Source: a virus. Taken from it: a stretch of DNA of 64,000 nt. Within the stretch, counting starts at the first letter, position 1, and each line of letters opens with the position of its first letter. Positions 1-8,402 of this stretch are shown here, one piece after another. The stretch spans positions 1-64,000 of the IMG/VR virus record IMGVR_UViG_3300049216_000035; one strand, 5' to 3'. Under the pieces are notes generated by a model. That model did no database searches. It saw nothing but the letters and a program-made list of their open reading frames with translations, and was not told where the DNA came from. The position numbers and the translations under genes are program-made.

Positions 1-248
1 TCGATGTAGTCTGGATCGACCATGAAACTGATCCTCAAACGACCGTCTCCAGCCCACGTCGGCGCTGTTGGTTTGATCGCTTCAAGCGGCAAGTTCTTCT
101 CTTGTGCGTATCGATTCATCTTACGAACAAGTGTTTTTATCGCATCACCATTAGCAATCAATGTGCGTAAATACTTGCTATTCTTACGATTACGAAACTC
201 TTCGAATAGATCAGCTTGGTCGTCAAATACGAGTTCAGATTGTGTCAT
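1..248 (-). CDS. hypothetical protein, partial (runs off window start)
   Basis: Read manually: ATG at 248 overlaps the stop of the upstream ORF (ATGA); open frame MTQSELVFDDQADLFEEF... to position 1. Confidence 0.6.
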   Translation of the reverse strand, partial: MTQSELVFDDQADLFEEFRNRKNSKYLRTLIANGDAIKTLVRKMNRYAQEKNLPLEAIKPTAPTWAGDGRLRISFMVDPDYI

Positions 249-589
249 CTCTTACTCACATCTTCGAGCGTTAGGATCAGCGCACAGTCGTCACTGGTGA
301 GTTGGTCATGTTCGACGGTCTTATCTACTGAGTTTTCAGCTAGGATGGTGAGCGGTAAAATCTCCCCCCGCCAAACAAAATCCACGATCCTGACATCTTC
401 CATCTCGATCTGATGGAAGTGAGCGAACGTCTCGATAGCTCGCAAGACGTTCATTATCAGATCGCCAACGCCAAAGTTACCGCAGTCCATGAAGAAGTCC
501 ATCGGCTGTTCTTTGATCCAGTCGGCTGGACTTGCGGGCTCTTTAACGGTGTTGGTTGGGTTGCTCAGATAGTCTGCGAAGTCGATCAT
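245..589 (-). CDS. hypothetical protein
   Basis: 114-aa ORF in operon orientation, ATGA-coupled to the next gene. Confidence 0.6.
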   Translation of the reverse strand: MIDFADYLSNPTNTVKEPASPADWIKEQPMDFFMDCGNFGVGDLIMNVLRAIETFAHFHQIEMEDVRIVDFVWRGEILPLTILAENSVDKTVEHDQLTSDDCALILTLEDVSKR

Positions 590-819
590 AAGGCGGTAGG
601 AATGGGCACGGCGGTAAACTCCTAGTTTTTAATACTACTCACAGCCGCCACGCGGACACCACGGGGTAAATCCGTTCAGATAGCTCACGCTGGCGAGTTC
701 TTTCTCTACAGATGATTGTACATCAAAGCGACGATGATCGTCGTTGCGGTATTGCGAAGCAACCTCACGAACAGTCGATACCTGCTCGTCAATCGTCCGG
801 TCCAATTTTCTCTGATCCT

Positions 820-1284
820 TTACTTGGCTATGTAGTTAATTAACGCACCGCGAACCGCTTCAGCGAATCGCTTCTTGATCTTGGGTAGGGCATCTCTCAT
901 AGCTGCGCCCGCTGGATCGCGCAAACGCATGACGCTTGTGCCATAACGCAGATATTTGTAATGCTCAGATGTGTTGACGAGTTGAACACTATCACCATGA
1001 TCCTCGATATGCGAACTGTGTAAGAAGTCGCCGGATTGGATGTGAACATACTCGTCTGGATGGACGAAAGAATCGACCCCGTAGCGCGTAGAATATGGAT
1101 TCCCCAACGCATCGAGGTCTTTGAGACTATGATCGTCCAGATTGATAAACTTCTGCCATTCCGGCATCACATCGAGAGTCATGGCGTCCATCAAAGTACG
1201 CTTGAGATATGCTGCCGCACCACCGCCGATAGAGCGAATCTTGGAGATGGAAATCTCAAGGTCGTGAATGTGTGCTTCAATCAT
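820..1284 (-). CDS. HK97 gp10-like neck/tail-completion protein
   Basis: C-terminal YKYLRYGTSVMRLRDPAGAA resembles the gp10 motif Y..F.EYGT.KM..RPF..PA; size 154 aa fits. Confidence 0.6.
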   Translation of the reverse strand: MIEAHIHDLEISISKIRSIGGGAAAYLKRTLMDAMTLDVMPEWQKFINLDDHSLKDLDALGNPYSTRYGVDSFVHPDEYVHIQSGDFLHSSHIEDHGDSVQLVNTSEHYKYLRYGTSVMRLRDPAGAAMRDALPKIKKRFAEAVRGALINYIAK

Positions 1285-1368
1285 GTGATAACCGGGCCGT
1301 AAGACAAGAACAACGACGCTTGCGCGTCGCTGATCGATTCGGGTGTTTGGTTAGTGTACCAGAAAATA

Positions 1369-1935
1369 CTAGGCTGCGGGATCGTCTTTCGGACGTATCA
1401 AGAGCCTGTTTTGCAGGTCAACGGTTGCGCCCTTGCCACTAGCTGGTCCGCCAATCATAAACACCGCCTGTTTGCGATCCCCTGGCATCGACCCACCACG
1501 TTGACCTGGCCGACCATCGTGTCCATAATTGCCTGATCCTGGGCCACCCTCCGTCATCGACTCACGAACTTCGTAGTCTTCGATGTTGAGGTTCTTGGGA
1601 ATGAATCGCGTTGCACCTAGATTGTGGTGCTGTTCTTCAGGCTCTAGCTCGCCCCCGAGCGCGCGAACTTTGGCGTTCAGATCGTCCTGATCCTTAGCAT
1701 CAATGTTCGTAGCGATATGCATGCCGTTGAAGTCGGCATGTTGCCATACGCGACGATCATCGCCAGCCATGACTGACATGATCTTATCTCGCGTATCAGG
1801 TGAGTAGATAGAATCGTCACCTGGATAGCGCGGTTCAGCATCAGCTTTCATATCCCACGGTGCAACAGGTCCGCTATATTCTTCAGCCCCCGGCGCAGCT
1901 TTATCAGGCCTTATCTCCAGGTGCGCTTCCGCCAC
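1369..1935 (-). pseudogene. remnant of MuF-locus cargo polyprotein: unknown module + linker motif + truncated P-loop NTPase
   Basis: MTE-GGPGSGNYGHDGRPGQRGGS followed by AVFMIGGPASGKG (Walker A) and a stop 19 aa later; the 5' end overlaps an out-of-frame linker copy. Confidence 0.55.
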
Positions 1936-1950
1936 GTTGCCCTGGTCGGC

Positions 1951-2661
1951 CTAAGTGGCTCCGGGTCTGCCTGCGTGACCGTAGTTTCCAGAACTAGCCG
2001 TGCCGACTTCAGTCAGATCGCCAGTCGTGACGTACCAGGTGTTGTTTTTGAGTTTGGGGACGTAGCTATCACCAGTCGCATCAGTGAGTGAATCAGCTAG
2101 AGCGTAAGCAGTAACATCATCTGAGATGCCGTTCTTGCCCATCTCGATAGCATCCGCGATCTGATCGGGGTCTTTGAGTAGATCGCTGGCTGCGTCAATA
2201 TCAGCCGAAGCTAAGGCATCGGAAAGACTTCTTACCCCGGCTGCGGCGTCATTGTTTAGCGCGTCTTCAAGCGTTTGATAGTCGTCAGGGTCAATCTCTT
2301 GCTTGAGGTATTCCATTGAAAGGCCACTATCGCTAAGAAAGCCTTCAACATCTGCCTTCGTCAGATCATAGTTCGTGAGTAGCGAATCTAGTACGTCACC
2401 ATATACGGCTGTTGCATCGCCTAAATCGAACTCACCAAAACCAATCGTTCCACGCCACGCCATAAGTTCGAAATCTTCAGGCGCGTCGTCTTCCATTTGA
2501 ACCATGTGGCGACAACGAGAACCACATTCGAAATCCCCCGGCTGCGGTACTTCTTCGCAGGAGTAAGGGTTATTTTGAACTGCATCGCTACAGCCGTCGC
2601 ATGAATCATCGTCATCTGGCCCGACGAACCAAGCGAGCAAGTCCTCAGCATTAACTATCAT
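1951..2661 (-). CDS. MuF-like head morphogenesis protein, Cys-rich C-terminal half + acidic domain + linker motif
   Basis: W..GP...SCDGC...NNPY....P.PG...C...CRH resembles the MuF Zn-binding region; ends LTE-VGTASSGNYGHAGRPG. Confidence 0.65.
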   Translation of the reverse strand: MIVNAEDLLAWFVGPDDDDSCDGCSDAVQNNPYSCEEVPQPGDFECGSRCRHMVQMEDDAPEDFELMAWRGTIGFGEFDLGDATAVYGDVLDSLLTNYDLTKADVEGFLSDSGLSMEYLKQEIDPDDYQTLEDALNNDAAAGVRSLSDALASADIDAASDLLKDPDQIADAIEMGKNGISDDVTAYALADSLTDATGDSYVPKLKNNTWYVTTGDLTEVGTASSGNYGHAGRPGAT

Positions 2662-5279
2662 GCCGCACGACCTGCACGAGATTCAGATGGACGCAAATGA
2701 TCCTCGCGCGTGAAGTGTTCTTCACCGTTACCTAGATCATAGATCGCAATCTCATCACGCGCTTCGGCTTTATCGAGCGCGGTAGCTTTGTCGTTATGAA
2801 CTTCAGAAACATCGAGGTAGGTCTTGCCGTCGTTAACCCACCCGCCGATATAGTGGTTGGGCTGGCTGAGGATGTCTTTGTTTTCGTTGACGAACTTTTG
2901 CACGTCTTCGGGTTTCGCTTCGCCGTTAATAACGGTCTCGACCTTATCACCCGCCGCGTTACGGATTCCAGCTATAGCGAACCCACTACGCGGTCGAACA
3001 CCCGTCGTGCTGATCGTAATGCCGCCATCGCGCACAATGCTGCGAGCGATGATGTTCGGGACAATACTCGACCCACCACCAGCCGAACCACCACGCTGCC
3101 CAGGTCTACCGTCGTGACCGTAATTACCACTGCCTACTCCACCTTCGCGGTACTTTCTATGATTCTGCACTTCAGGGAAATAGCTATGGCGCATCTCATC
3201 AGCTATCTCAACCGGAAATGCGAAGGACTTCTGTTCCGGGAACGAGCGTTGCGAGACGGGCTTACCCTCGTTCTCAGGACTATGATTCACCCAAGCGTTC
3301 TGGGCTAGAGTTTCTGCCGCAAGTGCAGGCAGTGCATCCTTCGAGTACATGCGGCCGTGTGCTTGATAGGCTTTGAACTCGCCACGCTCGCCGAACGTAT
3401 TGTCGGGGAAGAAGTGGCCGTACATATCGTGAACGCCACGAAAGATCGTGTTCGCGGTTTGACCGTCTTCAACGACTTTTGAGAGCGGACTATCGTCAGG
3501 CAAGTCGTCTTTCGAGGATCGCACGAACAGCGTCTTCGTCTGTTGGACTGAACGACGCATATCGGGCTGATCTTTATATGGCTCACCTTTGTCTTCAAAG
3601 TCGAACTTATAGCCCGCCGCTTTGAGGTCGTGATACTGATCTAGCGTTTCTTTTATGAACGCCGCGTAGGCTTTCTGCGTTGCGGGATTCGTGGGGTCGT
3701 GTTTCGCGTCAGCGTATATCTGCGCGATCTTACGCAGCTTGTCGTTCAGATCACCAGTGCTACCAGAACCACCACGTTGACCTGGACGGTCAACATGATC
3801 CCAGTTCCCAGAGCCGCGACCGCCTTCACGCACCTTAATTCGCGGCTTGACTGTCTTGTACGTTACAGCTTCGTCAACGATCTTCTTCGATCCGAAGTCC
3901 ATATTGGAATGAAGAACCATGACGCGAGTATCACGATCAGCTTCCGCCATCGGTGCAGCCTTGAACGTGAACTCCCAATTATGAATGGAGCGGGATTCAG
4001 TGTACGGATTGTATGTTTCGCCGAGGTCTTCTTTGCTTGCGAGAATCCAATCATGCGTATTACCGCGTAGTACGGTTTCATGTTCGTCTTGCAGGTGTAG
4101 GATGCCGTTTCTGGGTTCCGTTAAATACGAGTCAAAGACATCGCTGCTGCGAACACCTTCAAAGTGTATAAGTGACCGACTGAACGACTTCGCTATATCT
4201 TCATCATCAGTTGCAGAGAGAAGCGGTCGGAATTGAACGCGGTCGCCCACAATGGCTTTTGCTAACGCCGCAGCTTCTACGTTGCCAATACCGCGAACAA
4301 GGCCAAGTGCATCATCCCCCATGCGCGTGAACTTCTCAAAGGCTTTGGCTTCCTTATCAGCCTGCTCGGCACACCACTGTTTGACTTGATCTTCGCTTCC
4401 GCCTAACGCTCGAATGTTGCGAAGTTCTGCATCGTACTGTGTTTGCAAGTCTTCCTTGCTACGATACGGCGTAACGAGATTGTCGAACCGATCTTTGCCA
4501 GCCGCCTCGTTCATCACCATTTGCATGAAGTGCGCTGTAGAGTCACGCGACGAGCCAATCCAGTGACCCATCAAATACGACTTGATTTCATCGCTCGTTA
4601 GCGTCTTAGCAGTCGAACCCTCACCGCTGGGCGCTGATCCGCCGACTTGACCAGGACGCCCGGCCTGATCGTGGTTGCCTGAGTTCTCGTTGCCGACTTC
4701 GACCATCGACTCTTTGACTTTATCCTGACGATCACGAGCTTTCACTGCCGTCTGAAAGTCAATCATCGCCTGGATGTAGGCGCGTTCGGCCGCTTTCCAC
4801 AAGAAGTGTCCGTACAGCTTGATACGCGCGATCCGCGCCTTGTCGGACATCCCAGCTTGCAGGTCTGGCTGCAGCGACGTGGTGAGATACTTCTCGTTTT
4901 CGGTCAGTATAGATTGGATGACAGACTGAGGGGCATTAGCGGGAGTGACGGGAGTATAAAACCCCAACCACCCGTTGGTTTTCAGATCGCTAAGACCGCG
5001 CTGATAGCCAGCCGCCACAGCTTGCGGAACGTAGAGTTGCGCCAAGTCCTTGAGTTGCGCGATGCGAGCAACGGGCTTCTTATCAGCACGAGCCGCTTTC
5101 TCAAGATCGCTCTGGTAGCGGCCAATCATCGCCTCAATCGTGAAGATGTGCTTCGAGTGGACGCGCTTCAAGACTGCGGATAGGTTCTTGGTAGTCTCCG
5201 CTCGGAGAGTTTCCGCCTTTTCAGCCGCCTCGATTAAGCGCGAAGCCTCCTCTAGCTTACTCGTCTCCGAGGAGTTCAT
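2658..5279 (-). CDS. MuF-like minor head polyprotein: N-terminal helical half + three cargo modules (ADP-ribosyltransferase-like, HDxxGH domain, unknown domain)
   Basis: Immediately downstream of the portal; three copies of the SGN.xH.xRPGQ.GGS linker; ART motifs LVRG, LSAT, DEHE. Confidence 0.7.
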   Translation of the reverse strand: MNSSETSKLEEASRLIEAAEKAETLRAETTKNLSAVLKRVHSKHIFTIEAMIGRYQSDLEKAARADKKPVARIAQLKDLAQLYVPQAVAAGYQRGLSDLKTNGWLGFYTPVTPANAPQSVIQSILTENEKYLTTSLQPDLQAGMSDKARIARIKLYGHFLWKAAERAYIQAMIDFQTAVKARDRQDKVKESMVEVGNENSGNHDQAGRPGQVGGSAPSGEGSTAKTLTSDEIKSYLMGHWIGSSRDSTAHFMQMVMNEAAGKDRFDNLVTPYRSKEDLQTQYDAELRNIRALGGSEDQVKQWCAEQADKEAKAFEKFTRMGDDALGLVRGIGNVEAAALAKAIVGDRVQFRPLLSATDDEDIAKSFSRSLIHFEGVRSSDVFDSYLTEPRNGILHLQDEHETVLRGNTHDWILASKEDLGETYNPYTESRSIHNWEFTFKAAPMAEADRDTRVMVLHSNMDFGSKKIVDEAVTYKTVKPRIKVREGGRGSGNWDHVDRPGQRGGSGSTGDLNDKLRKIAQIYADAKHDPTNPATQKAYAAFIKETLDQYHDLKAAGYKFDFEDKGEPYKDQPDMRRSVQQTKTLFVRSSKDDLPDDSPLSKVVEDGQTANTIFRGVHDMYGHFFPDNTFGERGEFKAYQAHGRMYSKDALPALAAETLAQNAWVNHSPENEGKPVSQRSFPEQKSFAFPVEIADEMRHSYFPEVQNHRKYREGGVGSGNYGHDGRPGQRGGSAGGGSSIVPNIIARSIVRDGGITISTTGVRPRSGFAIAGIRNAAGDKVETVINGEAKPEDVQKFVNENKDILSQPNHYIGGWVNDGKTYLDVSEVHNDKATALDKAEARDEIAIYDLGNGEEHFTREDHLRPSESRAGRAA

Positions 5280-8200
5280 TGGCGGATTCCACGTTTTCGG
5301 TGATCGACGTAGCGAGTTTCTGAATTGTGTCCATAGCGGGGAGCATGGCTTCCTTGAGGAGATTCATGCGAATAGCACGTTGCAACGACTGCTTACTACG
5401 CATGATCGATGCTTTGCCTTCGTTCGCCATTGGGTTCTTTGCAGCCGAACTGTAGCCACTGGACGGAGCGGTTGGATCGGTATGGATCGGGTCCATCCCC
5501 GCCGCTTTGTTCGTTTTCGTGCTGCCACTGTTCGGCGCTTTACCGGGCGCTGCACTTGGGTTGGATTGTCCACCCGTTCCAGGTGCGCCGCCCTTGGCTT
5601 GTTCTGGCATGAGTTTGTCGCCAGCCACAGCCGGAGGAGTCGGCACGTTGACCATCTGGTTCTGAGGAGCAATCGGCTGCTTCGCGGCCATCTCGGCCTG
5701 CACGTCTTGCGCAATACTCGTCTGAGGAACATGCTCGTTGTCTTGAGTGTAGACGTGAGCGATGGACATCCCGAGTTGCGACTCTTCGAGGATCGTCTGC
5801 CACGAGTCTTCGAAGCTGTACGTCGTGATGTTGAGTTCCTTGGCTGCAATCTTCGCGGCCATAGACTTCGGCATCCACTGCATAGCTTCAGCGAGCGCGA
5901 GGTCTTTCAGCTTCGCACTGCGATCTTCTTGGGCAATAGACGGGAAGATGAACTCTAAGAACTCTTTGGCATAGTTCTGAGACTGTTTGAGAAGTTTTAT
6001 CCGCTTCTTCTGGTCGTCGTTAAGCGGTTTATCGTCGTCGTTGTTTCCGTTGACCGTCTTGTTGAGGTTCTGGTTTGGCTTCTGCTGCGGGTTGTTTGGA
6101 TCGGGGGCTGCTTCGTTGTCCTGATCCTGCGGCTGATTGCCAGCACGAAGCATAGCTTCGCGTAGCTCGAACCCATACTTTGCGGCGACTTCTTCGGGAG
6201 TCATACCCTTCTTGAAGTCGTGGATCGCGGCAGAGAACGGGCTTAGGTCGTGCTTGCCGACCCCGACGCCGTACTTGCCTTTGGAATCGCGAAGCTGATC
6301 GGGATGACCCTCGATCAGTTCAGACTCGGTAAGAGACTCACGCTGCTTGCCAGGCGGAGGTGCCTGTTGCGGGCCATTCTGACCCTGCTGAGGTGGTTGT
6401 TGCCCAGGTTGCGGCTGTTGGCCCGGCTGACCGGGTTGCGGCTGTCCTGGGCCAGCGTTTGGCCCTCCCGGACCCATCGGTGGCGCACCACCAACACCGT
6501 TGAGGCCGAGATTGATATTCGTCTTCGCGCCCGGCTTGTTCAATGCCGTCATGGCCTGCTTGTGCTGCATGCCAAGAGACTGCTTGTCCATCTCGTGACG
6601 GTGCTGCTGATCTTGGACAGACATCGAAAGCGTGGTGTCGTGCAGTTCTTGGGCGTTCTGCTGCTGTTGCTTCTGCTGATCCTGAGCGGCTTGATTCGCC
6701 TGATCCTGTTGGGCCTGTAAATCAGCTTGCAGCGCATCACGATCCGGCAGATCGGTATTGCTCTTAGCCAGCTTCGTTACCGAACGCGCATCAGGAAGGA
6801 TGTCGTTCAGTTTGAGGCGACCACCCTTGATTGCATTGTTAATGACGCGATTCGCCACTGCTTGGCAGAACGATTCAATAAGGCGCTGACGCCGCTCGAA
6901 CCGCTTTACGCCCGGTTCAGTAGCAGTGAGCGCACCGGACTTACCACCCTTACCACTATCTCCGATGAACTCTTTGGGTACGCCAAAACCGACCGCAATA
7001 AGATTGACCAAGGCCGAAATGTCGGACGTAGATTCGTTAGCCTTAATTTCAGAACCAACGGGCTTGAGTTCGAGATTCTTGTTGTGGACGAACGTCGATC
7101 CGGGTTTGTACGGATCGGGAAGGTTTAACTGGACACGCGAGATGTCTTCATTACCGCTGTTGACCGATACGTCCCACACGAACGCTGCTTCGAGTTGGCC
7201 TTTGACCACGCGCGCGTTCATAAGGTCTTGGAGGCGCTTCAACCACCCAAGAATCGAAAACAGGTCACTGCGACCGCGCTTCTCGTACTTCGAGACATTC
7301 AGTTTGATATGCAGGACGTTGTTCGCCGGAATATCCCGCAGAACGTAGCGCATCGAAGGGATGTTGCCCTTCGTATACATTTGATACGCAGTAGAATACT
7401 GCTGACGCATGTAGAAGACTTTTTGGATGTCTTCAGGATCGGTGATAATGTCCCAGATTGTGGACGGATCGATCATCCGATAGTCGGTGTAGCCTTTACC
7501 CAGCTTCGGAACGCTATCGATGAACTCAAGCATGAGTTCACCCGCCCACCACGCATCAGTCGCGATGTTCTCAAGGTCGGTGTAGAAGTCCGTGCGATCC
7601 ACGAACTCGCGCCAGACTTCATCGACTTCTTCGTTCGTAGACGTATGGTCGATACCGCGTCCGAGAACGAACGAGGTTTGTAGTTCGCAGAGTTGGTGCG
7701 CCACTGGGTTGTGGTTGTAAGCCTGAAATGCCTTACGGTGCATGTCAAGCATGTCGTACTGATACAACTGCTTAGACTCTGGTCCGCACATCATGGGGAT
7801 GTACTCTGCGTTAGGATCGCGACCGGAGCCATACGGCGGCATCGCCGTGCCTTGATATGCACTACCACCGCCGAAGTCGTCAGCGTATCCACCGCCGTCG
7901 AAGCCTTCGAGCAAACGATTAGCGGCGGCTTCGATTGCTTCTTCGCGAACGCTATCAGCTTCGCGAAGCGTTACGCCGTAGACATCGGGCGCTTTGTTCG
8001 ACTCGACAAGTTCTTGCCAGCGCGCTTGACCTTCACGCAGCCGCTTCTGAAGTTCCTCACGCGAATTGTACTTCTGAAGACGATACGTCCCGTCAGTACC
8101 AACTTCGAACAGCGTTGCTTGGATTTCCCAGTCAACCTCTTCACCGTTCGGCCCAATCTGTTTGTCAGAAAAGAAGTCGAACTTTCCGACAGTCGGTTCA

Positions 8201-8394
8201 AGAGCTTCCATGAACTCTTTGTCGGGCTGGTAGGGTTCGATAGGGGCTTTGGTCTGGAAAGACTGGGCGAACGTCGCAACTCTCGCTACGGCGCTCTCAG
8301 AGACTTTCTGTGGACTACCACTCTGGTCAACGACAAGAGCCACAGCACTCGACTGTGGCGCGGGGGGTCGTTTTCTAGCTCTAGTCCGTCCCAT
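5257..8394 (-). CDS. portal protein with long N-terminal extension and internal Q/P/G-rich insertion
   Basis: Follows terL; portal-like core (AYNHNPVAHQLCELQTSFVLGRG, IDPSTIWDIITDPED, NVSKYEKRGRSDL, IAVGFGVPKEFIGD). Confidence 0.85.
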   Translation of the reverse strand: MGRTRARKRPPAPQSSAVALVVDQSGSPQKVSESAVARVATFAQSFQTKAPIEPYQPDKEFMEALEPTVGKFDFFSDKQIGPNGEEVDWEIQATLFEVGTDGTYRLQKYNSREELQKRLREGQARWQELVESNKAPDVYGVTLREADSVREEAIEAAANRLLEGFDGGGYADDFGGGSAYQGTAMPPYGSGRDPNAEYIPMMCGPESKQLYQYDMLDMHRKAFQAYNHNPVAHQLCELQTSFVLGRGIDHTSTNEEVDEVWREFVDRTDFYTDLENIATDAWWAGELMLEFIDSVPKLGKGYTDYRMIDPSTIWDIITDPEDIQKVFYMRQQYSTAYQMYTKGNIPSMRYVLRDIPANNVLHIKLNVSKYEKRGRSDLFSILGWLKRLQDLMNARVVKGQLEAAFVWDVSVNSGNEDISRVQLNLPDPYKPGSTFVHNKNLELKPVGSEIKANESTSDISALVNLIAVGFGVPKEFIGDSGKGGKSGALTATEPGVKRFERRQRLIESFCQAVANRVINNAIKGGRLKLNDILPDARSVTKLAKSNTDLPDRDALQADLQAQQDQANQAAQDQQKQQQQNAQELHDTTLSMSVQDQQHRHEMDKQSLGMQHKQAMTALNKPGAKTNINLGLNGVGGAPPMGPGGPNAGPGQPQPGQPGQQPQPGQQPPQQGQNGPQQAPPPGKQRESLTESELIEGHPDQLRDSKGKYGVGVGKHDLSPFSAAIHDFKKGMTPEEVAAKYGFELREAMLRAGNQPQDQDNEAAPDPNNPQQKPNQNLNKTVNGNNDDDKPLNDDQKKRIKLLKQSQNYAKEFLEFIFPSIAQEDRSAKLKDLALAEAMQWMPKSMAAKIAAKELNITTYSFEDSWQTILEESQLGMSIAHVYTQDNEHVPQTSIAQDVQAEMAAKQPIAPQNQMVNVPTPPAVAGDKLMPEQAKGGAPGTGGQSNPSAAPGKAPNSGSTKTNKAAGMDPIHTDPTAPSSGYSSAAKNPMANEGKASIMRSKQSLQRAIRMNLLKEAMLPAMDTIQKLATSITENVESANELLGDE

Positions 8395-8402
8395 CTGTCT
8401 AA

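Noticed and set aside
1933-1953. TAG readthrough or alternative genetic code, since ORFs 1951-2661 and 1369-1935 are in frame across one TAG
   Set aside because: Core genes are not fragmented and TAG ends several intact genes (SSB, primase, ClpP). The out-of-frame linker copy explains the junction better as a deletion scar.
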